Made by a program: the position numbers and the translations under genes
The notes under the pieces: generated by a model
What the model was told of the DNA's origin: nothing
Databases searched by the model: none
The model's input: only the letters and a program-made list of their open reading frames with translations
DNA from: a virus
IMG/VR virus record: IMGVR_UViG_3300022187_000017
Coordinates: 41,778 to 105,777 of that record
Direction: 5' to 3' (one strand)
Length of the DNA stretch: 64,000 nucleotides
Shown: in pieces, positions 45,510 through 56,614 of the stretch
Numbering within the stretch: the stretch's first letter is position 1
How the letters are laid out: each line of letters opens with the position of its first letter

Positions 45510-48500
45510 TTATAAAAACTTTACTAATAACCCTTTCATTCTTGATGAGATCATCAACTCATTGTGTGACTTCCACTGATCAGGCATCTGGACATTACCT
45601 CTCATGATAACCATCCTGCCACTATGCCTCTCAAGCATAGTTTTCATGTCACACTCAATATCCACCCATTCCATCTTATCCTTCTCCTCATTATGAATAT
45701 TCTTCTTGTATGAATATTTGAACCTACTATCTCCTTTCTCATTTACCAGCTCTCCACTCCAGATCCTCACATGAATGATATCTGTATTGTGTAGTAGCTC
45801 CAGCATAGCATATGGATCTCCCTTCTTAGTTGTTCTGATCAGCACATTATTAACAAGGCCTATAACTACAACTGGCCTAGTTTTACTGAGTGTATTGAAC
45901 TGATCACCATCTACATAATCATCCAGATAGGAGTAGAACTGATCATCCTCACTGACTATAGTTTTATAGTTCAAATTGGATAGCTTACATACCTCATACT
46001 GCTTAACTCCCCAGTATGGATTGAATGTACTATTGCTGTGGTATTCCTCTAAGATATCCTCCTTAAATATCTTCTCATAGATATCCTGCATTACTACAGC
46101 TCTCCTACATATAGTATCCTTGATTATGCCATACATCTCATCAAATGCTCCTGCTAATGTTAGCTGAATCATTGTCCTTTTATTTACTGCAGTCACCTTA
46201 CTGCCTACCCTCTCTTTATTGAACTCCTTCATTCTGTCCCAGAATTCCTTTATTGAGAAGAATTGGCCATTCTCATCTCTATCCAGCACAATTGCCTCAA
46301 CTGACATATCTCCAATGAATTTAATCTTACTGAGATCCCAGTATATGGTATTTTTGTCTAGATCATAGGTGAAATGACTGGTAGACTTATTTATGTTTGG
46401 AGGAGATAGTGTGATTTTAGTGCTCTTGGTTAATTCTGATATGAAATTAGCTATCTTCTCATCATCTGAGTACTCAAATGCTGTGATCCAGAATTCTAAT
46501 GGATAATGCACCTTAAACCAGTTGCAGAAATATCCAATTACTGAATATGCTGCAGAGTGACTCTTGTTAAATCCATACCCTGAGAATACCTGTAGTTTCT
46601 CCCAGATGGCTTTGGCCTCATCAGGATCACATCCATTTCTTTCAGCTCCCTTGATGAATTTGGATCCATACTCATCCATCTTCTTCTTGATCTTCTTACC
46701 CATTGCCTTCCTGACACCATTAGCCTCAGCTAAGGTGAATCCTCCTAGTACCTGTACAGCCTTCATAATCTGCTCTTGATACACATAGAGTCCATAAGTC
46801 TCTTCTGTTACCTCCTTGAGTCTATAATCATATTTTGGCTGCTTTTCACCATTTTTGAGTAAGATATACTCAGTATGAGACTTGGAGGCCATGGCACCCG
46901 GTCTGTAAAGTGCAGTAGCTGCAATTAGATCTGACATCTGCTTTGGCTGCATGCTTACTAAATATGCAGTTAATCCTGAAGATCCAAACTGGAATACATC
47001 CTGAGTCAGTCCCCTGCAGAAGGTATTATATACCTCTGGATCATTTAATGGGATCTCTTCAGTCTTAATCTTGATACCATGATTCTTCTCAACCAAATTG
47101 ATCATATTCCCAATCTTGGCCATCTGAATAGTAGATAAGATATCCTCCTTTAGATATCCTGCATCATCTAGCTCCCCACCTTCCCATTCTGACACCAATG
47201 TTCCATCTTCTCCAACCCTTAATGGTATCTGTCTCTTGATTCCCTTCCCTATCTTAGGTGCAATAATAGTAGCACATGCATGTACAGATCTATTCTTTAG
47301 GGATCCTATTAGACTGGATATGTCATTTATTGCTGGATAGTACTTCTTAGTGAATTGAATGAGTCTCTTATCACTGGAGCTCCCTATCTTCTTGAAGATG
47401 TCTATAAAATCTGACTCTGAATCATCAAATATCTTTGTTAAGAAATTGATATGCTCATTAGTTCCTAATCCATAGAATCTAGATAGTTCCTTCAGAGCTG
47501 ACTTTAACTTCAATGTTCCATAGGTACCCACTTGACATACAAATCCTTCTCCATATCTATCTTTGATGTAGTCTATAACTGCCTCTCTTCCATCACTGGC
47601 AAAATCCACATCGATATCAGGAAGGGATGTTGTTACCCTACTCTCATCCAGAAATCTCTCAAATAGCAGCTCATACTCCAATGGATTCACTTTAGTAATC
47701 CCTAGACAGTATGATATTAATGATCCAGCTGCAGATCCCCTACCCGGGCCAACCTGTATCCTATTATCCTCTGCCCATTTGATGATATCCCACAGTATTA
47801 AGAAGTAGTCAATTACTTCACCTTTCTTGATAAGAGCTCCCTCCTTCTTGATCCTTTCAATGACTTCCTCCATAGGATATATATCAAAGTCAATAAGTCT
47901 CTCCAGTCCTGCAGATATTAAATCCTTGAATAGTGCCTCATTGTCTGGGTATGACTCTTTCTCTATCTCTGTCATCTCATACTTTGGGAGGAATCTCTTA
48001 CCTTCCTCTATCTGAAAATCAACTGCCTCATTTATGCTCTTGAATGCAGCTATTGAATTATGCATCACCTCCCTTAATTTTGGCTTCTTATCCTCATCAA
48101 AATACTGAGAGAATTGATGTACTATATCATCATAAGGTAGTAGGCTATGATTCTTAGTCATTGTGCCTCTGCTCCCTCCATGAGTTACCAATATCTCCTG
48201 TAGATGCTCCTGATCCTCCTCTAAACAATAAGAGTCATTCATCAGCACTCCCTTAACCTCTCCATGATAATTATTCATAAACCACTTCATATTCTGCTGC
48301 TCCTTCTCATGATCACCCTTTATGTAATTCTCAGTGGTAGTATATTGATAGTATGCCTGATCTGCCTCTTCATTAATGGAGTTTAATATTACATCATCCA
48401 CTACATGAGATGGCTGTATAAGTGCAATGGTTCCAGCTAATCCTTTTAGTATATCTTCATGCCTCAGCATCTCTGATGATAGGCTAGTATTATGTAGTAG

Positions 48501-49091
48501 TAGATTCTCCCATCCCTCCTGATTTACAGCGAATAATTTTAGATTGTAGTAACCTCCTATTGCCTTAATTGGGAACTGGACTCCTAATATTGGCTTTATT
48601 CCAACATCATTACATGCATGAGAGAACTGGATCACTCCAGCTAATGTCTCCTTCTCACATATCCCTAGAGATGTATATCCTAAGAATTTGGCCTTCTTTG
48701 CCCATTCCTTATACTCATGCATACCACACATGATCTCATGCTTACCATGGATACCTAAATATATTCTAGATTCTTCTGGAATTGGTGACATCCATTGGTA
48801 CTCTCCAAAGTACCTCAATAGAGTCAGCTCTTTGAGTTTAGTCTTATTTACTGGAGTATAGTAATACCATCCTCCAAACTCAAATACGAAGTAGTCAATT
48901 TTATCTTCATCTCTCAGCTTCTTACCATAAGGATCTAAAATAAGTTGAATCTTCCCTCCTTTAAGATCTAGGATCTTATCATTAGTTGGAGGTACCAGAT
49001 AGAATATCTTATCATTTACCCTTAGCCTTCCTGCTGCTAGGTTTTGGTGAACTAATAAGTTGGAGTCCAGCCATTTTTTCAGTCTTTGCAT
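45510..49091 (-). CDS. dnaE: DNA polymerase III alpha subunit (family C)
   Basis: GPGRGSAAGSL, LLFERFL, PDIDVDF, GYLKEDIL, VFQF, LYRPG, YQEQIM, GYGFNKSHSAAYS, C-terminal OB fold. Confidence 0.96.
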   Translation of the reverse strand: MQRLKKWLDSNLLVHQNLAAGRLRVNDKIFYLVPPTNDKILDLKGGKIQLILDPYGKKLRDEDKIDYFVFEFGGWYYYTPVNKTKLKELTLLRYFGEYQWMSPIPEESRIYLGIHGKHEIMCGMHEYKEWAKKAKFLGYTSLGICEKETLAGVIQFSHACNDVGIKPILGVQFPIKAIGGYYNLKLFAVNQEGWENLLLHNTSLSSEMLRHEDILKGLAGTIALIQPSHVVDDVILNSINEEADQAYYQYTTTENYIKGDHEKEQQNMKWFMNNYHGEVKGVLMNDSYCLEEDQEHLQEILVTHGGSRGTMTKNHSLLPYDDIVHQFSQYFDEDKKPKLREVMHNSIAAFKSINEAVDFQIEEGKRFLPKYEMTEIEKESYPDNEALFKDLISAGLERLIDFDIYPMEEVIERIKKEGALIKKGEVIDYFLILWDIIKWAEDNRIQVGPGRGSAAGSLISYCLGITKVNPLEYELLFERFLDESRVTTSLPDIDVDFASDGREAVIDYIKDRYGEGFVCQVGTYGTLKLKSALKELSRFYGLGTNEHINFLTKIFDDSESDFIDIFKKIGSSSDKRLIQFTKKYYPAINDISSLIGSLKNRSVHACATIIAPKIGKGIKRQIPLRVGEDGTLVSEWEGGELDDAGYLKEDILSTIQMAKIGNMINLVEKNHGIKIKTEEIPLNDPEVYNTFCRGLTQDVFQFGSSGLTAYLVSMQPKQMSDLIAATALYRPGAMASKSHTEYILLKNGEKQPKYDYRLKEVTEETYGLYVYQEQIMKAVQVLGGFTLAEANGVRKAMGKKIKKKMDEYGSKFIKGAERNGCDPDEAKAIWEKLQVFSGYGFNKSHSAAYSVIGYFCNWFKVHYPLEFWITAFEYSDDEKIANFISELTKSTKITLSPPNINKSTSHFTYDLDKNTIYWDLSKIKFIGDMSVEAIVLDRDENGQFFSIKEFWDRMKEFNKERVGSKVTAVNKRTMIQLTLAGAFDEMYGIIKDTICRRAVVMQDIYEKIFKEDILEEYHSNSTFNPYWGVKQYEVCKLSNLNYKTIVSEDDQFYSYLDDYVDGDQFNTLSKTRPVVVIGLVNNVLIRTTKKGDPYAMLELLHNTDIIHVRIWSGELVNEKGDSRFKYSYKKNIHNEEKDKMEWVDIECDMKTMLERHSGRMVIMRGNVQMPDQWKSHNELMISSRMKGLLVKFL

Positions 49092-49698
49092 TGTTCTTTA
49101 TTCTCTCAGTTATGTTATCTATAAACTTGTAGACATCTTCAAAGAAGAAGTACCTACCCAATATCTCTTTATGGTTAGTTACACCTCCAGCTCTTGCATG
49201 CCACTCCTTAATCCTATATTCATTTAATCCTAGTAGATCTAAGTGCTCAACTAAATCTTCAAAGGTAGATTCTCTAATTACTATTCTTAGAGACAGCTTC
49301 CCTGAAACTGTATTTCTGAGTCCAGCTATCTTTAAACAAACTTTACCTCCCCTTATTAATGAGTACCATAATTTTCTCTCTTGAAGTATCCATCCTAACT
49401 CTTTACATTTTTTCCCTAGTGCAATTATCTCTGGAAGAAATTGGTATTGATCCACATCAATTAGAAGTCCTGTTCTAAAACTTGGATCTGGAGCAGTGAA
49501 TATACTCTTACCTTCTAATATTGATGTTGTGTCAATAAGAGAAGAAAGGTCATCTAAGTCACTTACCCAGTCATTACCATTATCAATAAGCCTTTGTTGT
49601 AGTTCAAATATAGCCTCCTCTTCTGTCTTTGGAACCTCACCTAATAACTCTCCAGCCTTGATTAATAAATTATCAATGTCACTCATATTATGTTTCAA
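49012..49698 (-). CDS. Hypothetical protein
   Basis: ORF track; TATATTTG element at about 49703-49710. Confidence 0.55.
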   Translation of the reverse strand: MKHNMSDIDNLLIKAGELLGEVPKTEEEAIFELQQRLIDNGNDWVSDLDDLSSLIDTTSILEGKSIFTAPDPSFRTGLLIDVDQYQFLPEIIALGKKCKELGWILQERKLWYSLIRGGKVCLKIAGLRNTVSGKLSLRIVIRESTFEDLVEHLDLLGLNEYRIKEWHARAGGVTNHKEILGRYFFFEDVYKFIDNITERIKNNAKTEKMAGLQLISSPKPSSRKAKGK

Positions 49699-49737
49699 TT
49701 TTCAAATATAGTAATTATACCTAACCCTCACAACTAA

Positions 49738-50241
49738 TTATAGGATTCTTTTCAAATTTTCTATACCAACCTCTATTTCATGGTCTGTGTCTCTTATGAT
49801 AACATAAACCTTTCCTTCCATTATAACAGCATTATTATTTGAGATCTTACATATTGCAATACACCCATTTTCAAGAAGTAAGGCAAATTCTGAATTGACT
49901 GAGTAATAATTTAATTTATCAGACTTAGAGATCCATTTCTTTGACTCCTCATCTCTATAAGTGAATCTAGGAATACCCCAGTCTGGGTGTACCTCCTTAT
50001 AGAATTCCTCATATTTATCTTTAGAGTTGAATATACTTGGCAGATGATTCCTTTCAGATATCTGAAGTATTGATTCTCTCTTCCCTAACATCACTCTATT
50101 TTTGTAATATTTTTTATCTTTAGCTTTAGGGTATATTTTACTTCTTAATTCAGCTACAATATACTCTATTTGTAGTGACTTATAAAAGTCCAATAATGAT
50201 TGATCTCTATTCTTATACTTTTGAGATTTAGTCTCTTCCAT
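49738..50241 (-). CDS. Hypothetical protein in the replication module
   Basis: ORF track. Confidence 0.6.
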   Translation of the reverse strand: MEETKSQKYKNRDQSLLDFYKSLQIEYIVAELRSKIYPKAKDKKYYKNRVMLGKRESILQISERNHLPSIFNSKDKYEEFYKEVHPDWGIPRFTYRDEESKKWISKSDKLNYYSVNSEFALLLENGCIAICKISNNNAVIMEGKVYVIIRDTDHEIEVGIENLKRIL

Positions 50242-50242
50242 T

Positions 50243-51361
50243 TTAACCTTTAAATTTATATTTTTTTCTATCTAATTTATTGCCTACTAATCCTGTGTAG
50301 AATTGAATAAATGACCTCATTGAACTTAGAACTGATTTGAATTCTTGTTGTGACATATCTCCCGGATCCTTGCCCTCCACTGGCATAGCTAACTTCACAT
50401 CACTAAAATTCTTCACTAATTCTGATCCATAATACTTACTGTCCTCTATTGCTTCTGGATCATACATTAAAATAATACTTTTCATCGAATTATTTTGTAT
50501 TTCATCGGTTTTTTCGATTAACTTCATCATTTGGCTATATGAAATTTTCTTACCAAAAGTGCATACACATTTAACCTTTTCGCTCTTATTTAGCTGTAAC
50601 TGTTTGTCTGTGTTTGTTTTATCAAATGGCCCTTCTACAATTATGATAGTTTCAGTATTGCTGGTGACATCATCTATACCCCACAGCATTTTCTCAAAAA
50701 ATACTCCTCCCTGATTTTTGTACTTTGGATGAGTCATCTTTCTATCACCCTTCTCTGCTGTCTTGTTAAATTCTTTAACATGCTCATTATAAGCATTCAT
50801 CCTATCATTATCCCATGTAGATCTTCCTACATACCCCTTGTTCTCACCATCCTGCTCTATTAAGATCACAACATAATCCTTCAATGGATAGTAGATCTCT
50901 GTTATCCCTACTTGATAATGCTGAAATTGCCATGGATCCCATCCTCTGGCCACCAGATATGGATGGTATTCTAACCTACTCCAACCTAGAGGAGGAGGCA
51001 TATTGGCCAACTCATCCTCATTTACTCCCTCACTTACACCTTCATTTAATCCCTCATCTAATTTCTCTCTAGTGGATTTTATGAATTCCCTATTGCCTAC
51101 TAGGTGCTCCTTACCAAATAACTCCAGCAGCTTATACTCTGATCCATGCTCTGCACAAGATCCTGAAAAGCAATTGAATGATACCTGATTGTGATACTTA
51201 CCATCTTTCTGATCATTAAATTTGACACCAAACTTATCCTCCTTCCCACAGAATGGACAATCAGTAATATGCCAGCCTCTAGGAGTTTTCTTTCTTACAT
51301 TCAACCCTAGTGACTCTATGACAGCATTCTGGATATTAGTCCATTTCTTCTTCTGATCCAT
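50243..51361 (-). CDS. DNA primase (Zn finger plus TOPRIM)
   Basis: CPFC...CFSGSC, IIVEGPFD, MYDPEA, KDPGD. Confidence 0.9.
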   Translation of the reverse strand: MDQKKKWTNIQNAVIESLGLNVRKKTPRGWHITDCPFCGKEDKFGVKFNDQKDGKYHNQVSFNCFSGSCAEHGSEYKLLELFGKEHLVGNREFIKSTREKLDEGLNEGVSEGVNEDELANMPPPLGWSRLEYHPYLVARGWDPWQFQHYQVGITEIYYPLKDYVVILIEQDGENKGYVGRSTWDNDRMNAYNEHVKEFNKTAEKGDRKMTHPKYKNQGGVFFEKMLWGIDDVTSNTETIIIVEGPFDKTNTDKQLQLNKSEKVKCVCTFGKKISYSQMMKLIEKTDEIQNNSMKSIILMYDPEAIEDSKYYGSELVKNFSDVKLAMPVEGKDPGDMSQQEFKSVLSSMRSFIQFYTGLVGNKLDRKKYKFKG

Positions 51362-52724
51362 ACTGTCTGATTTTGACTGTTCTTAGGTGATCATAGAATC
51401 TCTCATTCTCCATGTTTGTAGCTATAGGAAATGTAGGTACTGGAGCATTATACTTTCTGAACTTATCCCAGTGTAGCCTCCTCCTATTCTCATCCTTCTC
51501 AGCATCTGTACCATTGATGGTAATAAAGTAGGAGAATGGCTTAATCATCCCTTTGAATTCTGATATATGCTCTCTCCTGTATACAAATGTTGGATCATTC
51601 TGATCATCATGAGATACAGTTGATGATTGAGTAGCTGTGAACCCTGCACAATCAAATTCCATACATAGATTCTTGAATCCCTGTCCTAGCTTTTCTCTTC
51701 TCTTCCTCTCCTGATCATTGCTGGTGCCATAGGTCTTACCATCACCCGGATGTAATAGCTCCAAGTAATCCAATACCAGTGCATCAATAGGCCCATAAAG
51801 ATCTACTATCTCCCTCATATAATTCCTCACATCCAGTAGACTTCCCTCATCAAATGTCTCAAATGCCTTCAGATGGATCTCTCCACCTTTCCTCTGAATA
51901 TCCTTCAGAGCTGCAGAGAGCTCTTCTATGGTATCTTCATCTAACATACCTGTCTCAGCAACTGCAATGCTTATTCCTGCATAAGCAGCATCATAACACT
52001 GCTCTGCTTCATCTCTGGAGCCTTCTGCTTGGACATGAACTATCCTATGTCCTAATTTTGAGTTATAGTAACCTATGAACTTTAGCATCTTAGATTTACC
52101 AGATCCACTAGGCCCCATTAACATCAATGTATCCTTTCTATCAACTCCTCCCTTGAGCTGATCATCACATCCTAATATTATTCCTGTTGGTATTTTTCTG
52201 GCTCTAAACTTTGAAGGATCCACTGAAGTAAACTCATCCTTCCTGTCATCCATCCTATCCTCCATACCTTCTATGATATTGTGATAGTATGTCTCATCCT
52301 TTATCTTGAAGTTAGATAACTTCTCTGCCACTTCTGTCATGAGCTGGAATGCTCCAGCATCATCATTCTTATTATACAGCTCTGCTAGTTCCTTGTGAGC
52401 ACTTATGAAGATCATTTGCTTGATGAATATCTCCAGCTGCTCCAATAGATCCTCTATATTGGGTTCATCAGAATTGGCTATATCACCAATAACTTTCATC
52501 ACATCCTTATCAGCCTCATACTGCTGGCCTAATATCCCAATCGATATAAGCCTGCCTGTAACCTCATAATGATTTACCATGGATCTCCAGATCAGCTTGT
52601 GATCTTCTGAAGGTAGGAAGTGATATTCAATGTGCTCTCTTGCTAATTCAAATACATCAGATTGTCTTAGACATACCTTATACAATTCTGTAATGAAGAA
52701 TTCATTCAGTTGCTTCTTTGCCAT
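51336..52724 (-). CDS. DnaB-like replicative helicase
   Basis: GPSGSGKS, QAEGS, LVLDYLELL, TATQS, DKFR. Confidence 0.9.
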   Translation of the reverse strand: MAKKQLNEFFITELYKVCLRQSDVFELAREHIEYHFLPSEDHKLIWRSMVNHYEVTGRLISIGILGQQYEADKDVMKVIGDIANSDEPNIEDLLEQLEIFIKQMIFISAHKELAELYNKNDDAGAFQLMTEVAEKLSNFKIKDETYYHNIIEGMEDRMDDRKDEFTSVDPSKFRARKIPTGIILGCDDQLKGGVDRKDTLMLMGPSGSGKSKMLKFIGYYNSKLGHRIVHVQAEGSRDEAEQCYDAAYAGISIAVAETGMLDEDTIEELSAALKDIQRKGGEIHLKAFETFDEGSLLDVRNYMREIVDLYGPIDALVLDYLELLHPGDGKTYGTSNDQERKRREKLGQGFKNLCMEFDCAGFTATQSSTVSHDDQNDPTFVYRREHISEFKGMIKPFSYFITINGTDAEKDENRRRLHWDKFRKYNAPVPTFPIATNMENERFYDHLRTVKIRQYGSEEEMD

Positions 52725-52763
52725 TTAGTTTTACAATTTTAATAGTTACAAATATAGTGATAA

Positions 52764-54515
52764 TTATCCTAGGAAATTGAAATCAAATGATTTTAATGAC
52801 CTTTTAAATCCTTTCATCATGATATACAGTGACATACTAGTATCATCATGCTGCCCAACTGACTCCAATTTCCCTTTATCTTGGATAAAAGTCATTGAAT
52901 TCAACTCTGAAAAGTATAGATCTGTTAGATCCTTAGCCTTCTGAGTCCCATATGGGAACTTAATTCCTCCCTGTTCAAATAGGACTGCCAGTGCAGGCAC
53001 TCCCTTGTACATATCTTTCTTCTCTGCTCCAGTGAAATCTCCAACTGCAGGAAGTCCAGCCTCCTCAACTAATTGAAGGAATATCTCCTGCATGCCATTT
53101 GTCTCTAAAACAAAGACATCTGGCCTGAATCTTCTATTGATCATCTTCAGAGCTGCAATCTGGCCTCCATATTTCACACCTCTCTTCCTCCATGTATTGA
53201 GTACATGGATCTTACCTCTGGAATCTACACCTCCAATAGTGAATACTGAGTAATCAGATCCAATACCAGATGATATTGCAAAGTCACACCCTACAACTAT
53301 CATCTCATACTTCTCTTTACATGAATCAATGTTCTCTACTACATCAACCTCATCCTGTCCTATAATCGATTTTCTTAGAATGTCATAAGGGAATAGAGTT
53401 GCTCCATCAGCTAATGGCTGCACCATGATCTCTCTTGAGAATACTATCTCTCCTAGAAGAGCTTTTTTCTCCATGATAGAGTCATATGAGTGCCTTGTTT
53501 CAAATAACAATGTACCATCAGGGAATATTGCTGGATATTCAAATATACCAAACCTCTGAGCTTCTCCCTTTGCTATTGAATCTGCATTGGCTTTCTTCAG
53601 TGTTCCATATAGATCCAATTCAAAGAATGGAGTTCCAATGATGACCATCTGGCCACCCGGAGTCAGTGCTGGGTATATCACCCCAGAGAAGATATTCCAA
53701 TACCTATCTCTCTGCTCTTGGCTGTATAATGAACTATCATTCAGGAAGTCATCTAATACTACCCATTTAGGGTGAAGTCCTCTAATTTTCGAGTTTGCAG
53801 ACCTTACATAGAACTTAGCTCCATTCTTACAGACAATCTTCTCTCTACCCCAGCCATCTCTTTTACTATCTGGCATCAATCTAGCTCTTAATACATCATT
53901 GCTCTCAATCTCATCCCTCACTTTACCCATGAACTCTGTAGATAGCTTATATTCATTTGTCACTAGCATACCTTCACCAGCCATAAACAGCTCTTTAGAT
54001 GCTGCTGGATCCTGTGGAGAGAATTTTCTGTATCTATACAGCTGCCATAGTGGATATGCAAATGACATCTGGTGTGACTTACCATGATCCCTTGCAGCCA
54101 ATATAAGTAGTAACCTATACATCTGGGTGAGATTACCCCACTCAGCATTATGCCATCCCATTATGAAATCTGGGAGTACTGATAGCATGAAGTAATTGAA
54201 TGATCTACATCTTAATGTTTCCTCTACTGACTGGGTAAAATTCTCTAGATATCCTAGAGGAGCTGAATTGATCAGCTTGTTACTAGATGAAATCACAGCT
54301 GCAGTTTCCTGCTGTAGAATGTCAAATATGGTATCCAGATCCTTAGTGGTACCTCCCATCAGCTCCCTTATAGCATGATCATCTAAATTGGTGATGATAT
54401 CATCCATAATGCTATACACATTATCATGCTGCTCTGCTGTTAGGTGCCTCACCCTATCATCCAAAGGAGTTCCTAGCCTTACTAGCTCCTTGTTTCCCAA
54501 TAATGGATCTGTCAT
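52764..54515 (-). CDS. terL: Terminase large subunit
   Basis: AARDHGKS Walker A, RGLHP..VVLDD Walker B, IGTPF, nuclease GCDFA...SDYS, QHDD. Confidence 0.92.
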   Translation of the reverse strand: MTDPLLGNKELVRLGTPLDDRVRHLTAEQHDNVYSIMDDIITNLDDHAIRELMGGTTKDLDTIFDILQQETAAVISSSNKLINSAPLGYLENFTQSVEETLRCRSFNYFMLSVLPDFIMGWHNAEWGNLTQMYRLLLILAARDHGKSHQMSFAYPLWQLYRYRKFSPQDPAASKELFMAGEGMLVTNEYKLSTEFMGKVRDEIESNDVLRARLMPDSKRDGWGREKIVCKNGAKFYVRSANSKIRGLHPKWVVLDDFLNDSSLYSQEQRDRYWNIFSGVIYPALTPGGQMVIIGTPFFELDLYGTLKKANADSIAKGEAQRFGIFEYPAIFPDGTLLFETRHSYDSIMEKKALLGEIVFSREIMVQPLADGATLFPYDILRKSIIGQDEVDVVENIDSCKEKYEMIVVGCDFAISSGIGSDYSVFTIGGVDSRGKIHVLNTWRKRGVKYGGQIAALKMINRRFRPDVFVLETNGMQEIFLQLVEEAGLPAVGDFTGAEKKDMYKGVPALAVLFEQGGIKFPYGTQKAKDLTDLYFSELNSMTFIQDKGKLESVGQHDDTSMSLYIMMKGFKRSLKSFDFNFLG

Positions 54516-54516
54516 A

Positions 54517-55215
54517 TTAAAACTTAAATGGTAGTGAATCTGTTTTGTTTACCATACCTCCTGATACAGTGCTTCCCTCTCCCCTGATTCCTTTTATGAA
54601 TTCAATGAACATCTCAGCATTAGCCTCAGTATCTGCTGCTGCCCTGTGAGCTCCTGTTAAGGATATTCCCATTGCTTTACATATAGATCCTAGCTTATGA
54701 TTGTTATTCTGAGCTAATTCATCTCCCTTATCTTTACTTGAAGGGAATTTGAACATAGAGAGATATAGTGTATCCATCACCTGATCATTTATCTTCTTGA
54801 TAAATGCATCTCTTAGCTTCACCTGATCAAATGACAGTGTTAGGAATGGAAGGTCAAATTTTTTGATGTTATGCCCAACTAATATAGGCTTACCAAATAC
54901 ACCCTTTACACTCCATATCTTGAGTTTTTCTATGATCTCAACTGCTACCTGTTTCAAAGGAATTCCATCCTCTTCCAACTCAGCTATTGTAATCCTATGA
55001 GTATTCATGGCTGCAGAAGTATATTCTAGAGGCTCTCCAGTGATCTCATTTTTATAATATGGCTTCACCAGTGCCTCATACCTATCTATCTCTTTCAAAG
55101 TCTCTCCATCATAACAGATGAAACATACCTCTACTAATGGATTTTTTGCTCCATTAAACCCTCCAGTTTCAATATCGAATACCACAAAGTTAGGAGCTGC
55201 TCTTCCTTCCTTCAT
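54517..55215 (-). CDS. DEDDh 3'-5' exonuclease (DnaQ/epsilon-like)
   Basis: VFDIETGG, VGHNIKKFDL, DTL, AHRAAADT. Confidence 0.9.
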   Translation of the reverse strand: MKEGRAAPNFVVFDIETGGFNGAKNPLVEVCFICYDGETLKEIDRYEALVKPYYKNEITGEPLEYTSAAMNTHRITIAELEEDGIPLKQVAVEIIEKLKIWSVKGVFGKPILVGHNIKKFDLPFLTLSFDQVKLRDAFIKKINDQVMDTLYLSMFKFPSSKDKGDELAQNNNHKLGSICKAMGISLTGAHRAAADTEANAEMFIEFIKGIRGEGSTVSGGMVNKTDSLPFKF

Positions 55216-55217
55216 AG

Positions 55218-55469
55218 TTAGTCTCTAAAAACTGTTAATGTCTTACCTAACACTGTAGTATTTAATTTGATCTTATGGCCACCATATGCCTTTGGTAATG
55301 ATCCTCTCAAATAGTACTGCTGTATATCTTGAAACTTAAATACCTTACCACCTTTCTTATGGCCATATTTATGATTCAACACCTTCACTAAGATAGCTGC
55401 TGTCATCACCTCATCTCTTTTACCTAAACCCTCTGCAAAAGTTTCTAATTGATTTTCTGTTAATTCCAT
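55218..55469 (-). CDS. Hypothetical protein
   Basis: ORF track. Confidence 0.55.
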   Translation of the reverse strand: MELTENQLETFAEGLGKRDEVMTAAILVKVLNHKYGHKKGGKVFKFQDIQQYYLRGSLPKAYGGHKIKLNTTVLGKTLTVFRD

Positions 55470-55475
55470 TTTTCT

Positions 55476-56066
55476 TTACTTTACGAATTTTGTTAATGTA
55501 TTCTTACTTATTAATTTCTTTATTCTTTTCACTTCAGCATCCCTAGATTCTTCTGAATGGAACCTGAACTCCTTATTTATATACCACTCATAACTAGCTG
55601 GAGCATTCTCCTCCTGATTGAGCACTATTGTCCAATAAGGCCTTGTATCATATCCAAATCCATTCTTAATTGAGTAAATATGCTTGATAATTATAGATTC
55701 TCCTTGAATCTCTATAAATGCCATCTTCATTTTATCCAGTAATTTCTTCCAGAAGTTCCCTCCACGCTTATCCATTTCAGCCTCCATCTCATCTGAATTG
55801 AAGTATAACTCCAGATCCTCCAGAACCTGCTCATCATGTGAGAGTTTCCACTGGAATAATATCTTGGTTAATACTTCAAATCCCATCTTCTCAATAATGG
55901 CTCCAAGATTCTCTATAATTGCTGCATCTGTCCCTGATATAGGTTTTATAGGCATCTTATTCTCTGGATCTAGGAAATAATATGTTGATATGTCATCTAA
56001 ATGCTCACTCATTATCAATTCTTTTACCATTACACCCAACCATCCACCCAAATACAATTGGTGCAA
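55476..56066 (-). CDS. Hypothetical protein
   Basis: ORF track; start uncertain. Confidence 0.55.
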   Translation of the reverse strand: MHQLYLGGWLGVMVKELIMSEHLDDISTYYFLDPENKMPIKPISGTDAAIIENLGAIIEKMGFEVLTKILFQWKLSHDEQVLEDLELYFNSDEMEAEMDKRGGNFWKKLLDKMKMAFIEIQGESIIIKHIYSIKNGFGYDTRPYWTIVLNQEENAPASYEWYINKEFRFHSEESRDAEVKRIKKLISKNTLTKFVK

Positions 56067-56116
56067 AGATCCCTAGTGGAGGAATAATCCCTGTCTCAGA
56101 CAGATTCCATATAAAT

Positions 56117-56614
56117 TTACCTATTGCTCTTTTCATCTATTAACTCTTTTACTATTGCTGTTAATTTATCGAATGTTCTCATTGTCTTATCTCCTGCCTC
56201 CCATCTTTCATGGCACCCGATATCACCATCAAATGTCATACAATGGAGTACTATATTTCTTTTGTCTGCTATCAGATCTGGCCTCTTACTTCTAGCAATC
56301 AAATGACTGAATGATAACCTATCTGGCCTACCACATTCATCACATACATTAGGCCTTTCATCCCAGATCTGCTCCTGTACTTTCTTATAGTCCACCTCAA
56401 TCCTCTGCCTCTTCTTAGTGAATTTCTTCAAACCTCCCTTCCCAGCCTTTATAGCTGATCTAGTTTGCAATCCCTTCCTGATCTTCTTCTCTCCTGTATT
56501 CTGATCATCTAACCTCTTCCTGTTACATGAGTTACATAGCCACCTAGTTCTATTGACAATGATATCTACATTATCACATTTACTGCAAATCCCTTTATCC
56601 TGTTTAAAACTCAT
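56117..56614 (-). CDS. HNH-like nuclease with an N-terminal Zn finger
   Basis: CSKC...CNSC; CDECG...SHLIARS...NIVLHC...CHERWE. Confidence 0.65.
   Translation of the reverse strand: MSFKQDKGICSKCDNVDIIVNRTRWLCNSCNRKRLDDQNTGEKKIRKGLQTRSAIKAGKGGLKKFTKKRQRIEVDYKKVQEQIWDERPNVCDECGRPDRLSFSHLIARSKRPDLIADKRNIVLHCMTFDGDIGCHERWEAGDKTMRTFDKLTAIVKELIDEKSNR

Noticed and set aside
40793-49091. Bacterial chromosome origin suggested by recA and dnaE
   Set aside because: These genes are embedded among terminase, baseplate, gp46/47-like and phage-type accessory genes, with no cellular housekeeping context.
27423-54515. Inteins or introns in nrdJ, recA, dnaE, helicase or terL
   Set aside because: The ORFs are continuous and of normal length, with no intein C-terminal HN-C/S/T junction or LAGLIDADG motif noticed.
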